From assembly GCA_963514005.1 (NCBI GenBank), contig OY740797.1:12462001-12526000 (forward strand): DNA of 64,000 nt, written 5' to 3'. Position numbers and translations under genes: made by a program. Below, one piece after another: positions 63,318 to 64,000 of the stretch; the stretch's first letter is position 1, and every line of letters begins with the position of its first letter. The notes under the pieces are model-generated. The model made no database searches and had not been told where the DNA came from. It saw nothing but the letters and a program-made list of their open reading frames with translations. Source of the DNA: Raja brachyura. Its lineage: Eukaryota.

Positions 63318-64000
63318 TTTTATGGCCTAGGTTAGTTAATGCACAATGTAAAACAGATGCCATATGATTTACCTCACCAAGTATTTAAAGACTATGGGAT
63401 CCGTTTAAAATCTAGAAATGCCAACAGCATAGCCCATCCCACTCAGGTGACCCGTGCGGGCCAATGGAAACTAGTGTCAGAAGGTTTTTAATGATTATAG
63501 GAATGAATTGTGCTTAATCTTCTACTTCCTTCTCCCCTATCTTTGTCTGTCCTGCTCTTTGTGGCCAATCTTGTCCATTGTGATTATGGGGTTGATTGTC
63601 ATGAGGCCTGGATTCCACAATTGTCCAGGAGGCAGCAATTGGACCACCATCAATGTATTCTAAGCTTCTGACTCCTGAACACACGTGGCCTGGGACAGCA
63701 TACAACATATTGGATGCCTTTTGAACTGCTTTTAAGAAATCAATGAAACCTGATTTCAGAAGCTTGGTAGAATACTAAAAGGCATGGGTTAGATCAGGGT
63801 AAATTAGACATTCACTGTCACTCCAATTGTTCACTTTCAATTAAGTATATTACTGAGAATCGGGTGTCACTTAAGTGGTGCAATGTCAGGTCTAGGTTAA
63901 ATGTAAGAGCTTATTTCCTACAGTATCAGGACCAGGCTGCCAAGTTATGTGGTACAATTCCTTATTCCAAGCACTGGAGCAAATTAGAAGGTACTTGAGA

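Overview
This is eukaryotic, AT-rich, repeat-dense vertebrate DNA, not a prokaryotic locus. The repeat repertoire (CR1/HER1-type LINEs, HE1-like tRNA SINEs, Rex1/Babar LINE tails, abundant Penelope-derived repeats) points to a cartilaginous fish, probably a skate or ray (inference). The only host gene I can support is the 5' part of a Par6 polarity gene, most like PARD6A: a CpG-rich promoter (~11.4-11.7 kb), coding exon 1 (11692-11754) and the PB1-domain exon 2 (12414-12636). Intron 2 then runs past the window end (>51 kb), with no CRIB/PDZ exon seen. Most listed ORFs are noise or TE-derived. The most notable non-obvious structure is a 3.26-kb DNA transposon in intron 2 (47664-50922). It has 25-bp TIRs, an 8-bp TSD and a decayed, intron-split THAP zinc-finger gene, so it is P-element/THAP9-like. 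It also carries a nested hAT-like MITE that holds a near-perfect 105-bp copy of the host element's own intron. Other highlights are two non-autonomous Helitrons, many Penelope-derived short repeats with a minimal hammerhead-ribozyme core (one young copy with a 15-bp TSD, several as fold-back pairs), a pair of abutting perfect hairpins upstream of the promoter, and clean Harbinger and hAT MITEs. All calls were made by eye; TE boundaries are approximate unless TIR/TSD coordinates are given.
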